In this document: one piece after another, positions 37,296-40,214 of the stretch
Numbering within the stretch: the first letter of the stretch is position 1
Layout: every line of letters starts with the position of its first letter
From: an uncultured delta proteobacterium
GTDB lineage: Bacteria > Desulfobacterota > RBG-13-43-22
Length of the DNA stretch: 40,214 bases
Assembly (NCBI GenBank): GCA_963802945.1
Contig: CAWDKY010000041.1
Location: 1-40,214 of the forward strand
Direction: 5' to 3'
Translations under genes and position numbers: made by a program
The notes under the pieces: model-generated
What the model saw: the letters and a program-made list of their open reading frames with translations, nothing else
Databases searched by the model: none
What the model was told of the DNA's origin: nothing

Positions 37296-40214
37296 TTAAT
37301 GCTTCATAAATTTAGATTTCAAAGCGAACATTGCCGGAAGAAATACCGGAAGAAAAATAAGATTCAACAGCATAATGCCGAGAATGACGGTTATGGATAA
37401 TTGCATTAGAGTCATTACACCCGAAGGATACATGGCGGCAAAGGTTCCGGAAAGAATAATGGCTGCAGAGAAAATCACTCCTCCTACATTCTTGGCCGCC
37501 AGTATGATCGATTGGATGGATGGCCTATCTTGGTTTTCTCTTTGCCTCATGATCAGAAAAATACTGTAATCCACTCCCAGGGCTATAATCATAAGAAATG
37601 AAAAGAAGGGGACATTCCAGGTCAAATTTCCGTATCCTAAAACCTTGCCGAAGATCAGTCCCGAAGTTGAAAAGGCAATGTAATAGGAAGCAACTAAAGA
37701 AAGCATGATAGCGATCGACATCCAAAAATCTCTGGTAACGATAAGCAACACAATCAATATGCCTGCCAGCATGATCGCACTTGAGACCTTGAAATCATTT
37801 CCCGACATGGCATTTAAATCGACATTCATCTGTTCTACTCCTGAGATCCCCCATTCCGCTTCTTTCAAGGATGAATCCTTGATCTTATTGGTCACGATTT
37901 GCTGTATATGACGGACCACCTCCATGGCCTTTTCAGAATAGGGATCTTCGGTCAGCTGGATATTAATTTTGGTTATCCTTCTGTCAGGGGACATATATTG
38001 ATCCATGGATTTTGAAAATGCTTCTCTGTGAATTTGATCCTCGGGTATAAAAAATGAAGTCGCGGTTTTTGATCCGGCCAGTTTCTCCATATAAGCCTGG
38101 GCATCATGTAAACCTTGAGACAGGTCAGCAAGACCTTGTCTGGCATCGGATAATCCAATGACTAATTTCCCGGAATCGGCGGAAATCATTTTTAGGCCCT
38201 CAATCAGTTGATTTTGACCGCCGGCCAGCTGTTTCGATCCCTCCACCAATTGACCCAAGGCATCTGAAATTTTTTCCTGACCCACTGCACCCTGGGCCAG
38301 TAAGCGGCTCATTTCAGAACTGCCTTGCTTTAACTTAGAGGTGCCATCTTTCATGGCGGCAATACCGTTTTCCGCCTGCCCCAATCCCTTATTGGCTTTT
38401 TCCATTGAGCTGTTGGCGGTTGTCAAGGCGTTATGTAACTTGGAAATCCCCTCAACCATATCCTGCAGTTTGGCATTAAGCACTCTTGAATAGGATTCCA
38501 CCTTTCCAAAAGTGTCGTCAGAAGCCAATCCCGGGTACCGAGATAGAAGCTGGCTCTGCAGGTCTACCACTCCATGAAAGGCGGCTTGGAATCTTTTAGT
38601 TTGCTCAAGGAGCTGTCCTACTCCTTCTCCGATGGTTTGATAGCCTTTCCCAAGAGAAGAATAGCCGTTTTTTAATTCTGGGAATGAATCTTTAAGTTGG
38701 GTCATGGAATGGTCGAGGAATTCAATGCCTCTGAACAAATCCTTTGAGCCCTGTGCCCCCTGGTTCATTCCATTTTTCATCAGAGTAACATTCTGGTTGA
38801 CCAAGGCGATACTGGAGGTCAATTCCTGAGCCCCTTTTTGCAGCTTCTCGACCGGACTGAAATCCGATTCTTTGAAACGGATCTCTTCTAAGGCACTCCC
38901 AAATCCGCCATATAATTTATCAATGCCGTCCGTTGCCTTTTTCAGACCATCCCTGACCACCATAGTCTGGTCGTTAATATACAAGGCTTTAATTCTTTCT
39001 CCTTTAGGCTGCGTGACACTATAGACACCCTCGACCCCTTTAGCTGACTTTAAGGCCTCGGTCAGCAAATCCAATTCCGACAACTGGTAAGGCGTATCCA
39101 ATTTCTCCTGGTTTTGTATAGCAATGGTGGCCGGGAGGGCCTTCCCAATACCGAAGTGTTCAGAGATAAGATTAAACCCTTTAACGGAAGCATAGTCTTT
39201 TCCCACTTCCTTCAAGTGATTATAGGAAAGATCACCATTGTAAAAAAGCATGAGGCCGCAAACCATCAAAACAAAAACCAAGGCAACATAAGGTCGTTTG
39301 ACGGAAAAGGCGGCGGTCTTTTCCCATAAGGGACTGTCGATATGTCCTCCCATTTTTAAGGGAGACCAGAAAATATGCTTGCCGAATAATTTCATCATAG
39401 CCGGCAAAAATGAAAAAATCAAAAGGAGCAAGACTCCTATGCCGACGGCTACGGCCGAGGCCGATCGATTAGGTTTGAATTGAGCCAGCATCAAGCTGGA
39501 AGCGCTTAGTAAAATCGTAAGGGAACTTAAGAAGACCGTTTTGCCGGCCGTCTTGAACGTATGGATAACGGCCTCATTTTTGTCCAACCCTTTAGATAAT
39601 TCCTCTTTAAAGCGCATTAACAGCAACAGGGTATAATCGGTTCCGATGCCGAAAAGAACCAGGATGAGGAAGATATTGGTAAAATCAGATATGGTGAAAT
39701 TCAGCTTATCCGCCAGTTGTAAGACGATGCCCCTGGATATCAGGAAGGAAATGCCTACGATCATCAGGGTAAACAAAGGGGCCACGGGTGACCTGAAAAC
39801 CAGAATCAAGATGAGGATAATCAGAATGACCGTAATCCATTCGGTCTTCTTCACTCCGGCTTCAACGGTCTGGATAAAGTCTTCCACGATAAAGTCCGAG
39901 CCCGTCGGATAAAATGCAACTCCACTGACCTGCATCCTACTGGAAATTTCTTGTCTTATTTCCTTGATCGTGCGGCCTTGCCATTCGATACTTAAAGGCA
40001 CCAGTAACGTCGTCCCATCCTTGGAAATCACTTGGTCTCGGAGTTCCGGGTTGGTAAAAACGTTAAGGACTTTTCTGGCCTTGAACTCCTGCTTATGACT
40101 TTCCAGATGATTGACCTTATCTTTGATAAGATTTAATTTCTCCGGCAATAATTTTTCTTGGTTATAATAAACCAGGATGATGTCCGAGGCTTTATCGTTC
40201 CCAGGTATGTTGTC
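37296..40214 (-). CDS. MMPL/RND family transporter with long heptad-repeat coiled coil (5'-partial)
   Basis: FGIGTDY and ALGVDY TM motifs, two TM bundles, xxxLxxG-type repeats; the frame is open to the window edge. Confidence 0.9.
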   Translation of the reverse strand, partial: DNIPGNDKASDIILVYYNQEKLLPEKLNLIKDKVNHLESHKQEFKARKVLNVFTNPELRDQVISKDGTTLLVPLSIEWQGRTIKEIRQEISSRMQVSGVAFYPTGSDFIVEDFIQTVEAGVKKTEWITVILIILILILVFRSPVAPLFTLMIVGISFLISRGIVLQLADKLNFTISDFTNIFLILVLFGIGTDYTLLLLMRFKEELSKGLDKNEAVIHTFKTAGKTVFLSSLTILLSASSLMLAQFKPNRSASAVAVGIGVLLLLIFSFLPAMMKLFGKHIFWSPLKMGGHIDSPLWEKTAAFSVKRPYVALVFVLMVCGLMLFYNGDLSYNHLKEVGKDYASVKGFNLISEHFGIGKALPATIAIQNQEKLDTPYQLSELDLLTEALKSAKGVEGVYSVTQPKGERIKALYINDQTMVVRDGLKKATDGIDKLYGGFGSALEEIRFKESDFSPVEKLQKGAQELTSSIALVNQNVTLMKNGMNQGAQGSKDLFRGIEFLDHSMTQLKDSFPELKNGYSSLGKGYQTIGEGVGQLLEQTKRFQAAFHGVVDLQSQLLSRYPGLASDDTFGKVESYSRVLNAKLQDMVEGISKLHNALTTANSSMEKANKGLGQAENGIAAMKDGTSKLKQGSSEMSRLLAQGAVGQEKISDALGQLVEGSKQLAGGQNQLIEGLKMISADSGKLVIGLSDARQGLADLSQGLHDAQAYMEKLAGSKTATSFFIPEDQIHREAFSKSMDQYMSPDRRITKINIQLTEDPYSEKAMEVVRHIQQIVTNKIKDSSLKEAEWGISGVEQMNVDLNAMSGNDFKVSSAIMLAGILIVLLIVTRDFWMSIAIMLSLVASYYIAFSTSGLIFGKVLGYGNLTWNVPFFSFLMIIALGVDYSIFLIMRQRENQDRPSIQSIILAAKNVGGVIFSAAIILSGTFAAMYPSGVMTLMQLSITVILGIMLLNLIFLPVFLPAMFALKSKFMKH

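Noticed and set aside
38050-39000. MMPL coiled-coil region as a novel repeat or tape-measure-like protein
   Set aside because: Heptad xxxLxxG repeats between the TM bundles are a known feature of this MMPL subfamily.
51-39912. Numerous antisense or overlapping ORFs in the six-frame track
   Set aside because: They overlap well-supported genes on the other strand or frame and lack motifs; treated as shadow ORFs.

Overview
This 40 kb bacterial window probably comes from an anaerobic Desulfobacterota/deltaproteobacterium-like organism (inferred from gene content and repeat families). The backbone is a hydrogen-metabolism region on the minus strand: a group 3b (sulfhydrogenase-type) [NiFe]-hydrogenase operon, a Hox-type (group 3d-like) module of NuoG-like subunit, HoxY, HoxH and protease with no HoxE/F, and hypFCDE. 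It also holds a PAS-HD-GYP/PAS-GGDEF pair, an IlvD-family dehydratase, pcm, an ArgD-like aminotransferase, and ABC and MMPL transporters. Hidden in the intergenic DNA is an integron-like system with no integrase in the window. A repeated promoter/attI-like leader occurs in 3-4 copies (about 1.4, 19.4, 21.4 and 25.8 kb), each followed by attC-bounded gene cassettes. Five cassette starts match the R'' box of their attC (four exactly, one with one mismatch). One cassette carries a two-gene unit (soluble GT51 transglycosylase-like protein plus Pol-beta-type nucleotidyltransferase) that is a candidate undescribed defence or toxin system, and another cassette is nested inside a second one. A 142-bp MITE occurs twice, both times in the loop of a palindromic repeat. 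Seven +1 frameshifts in conserved genes are probably sequencing insertion errors. All protein calls come from motif recognition by eye; no searches were run.
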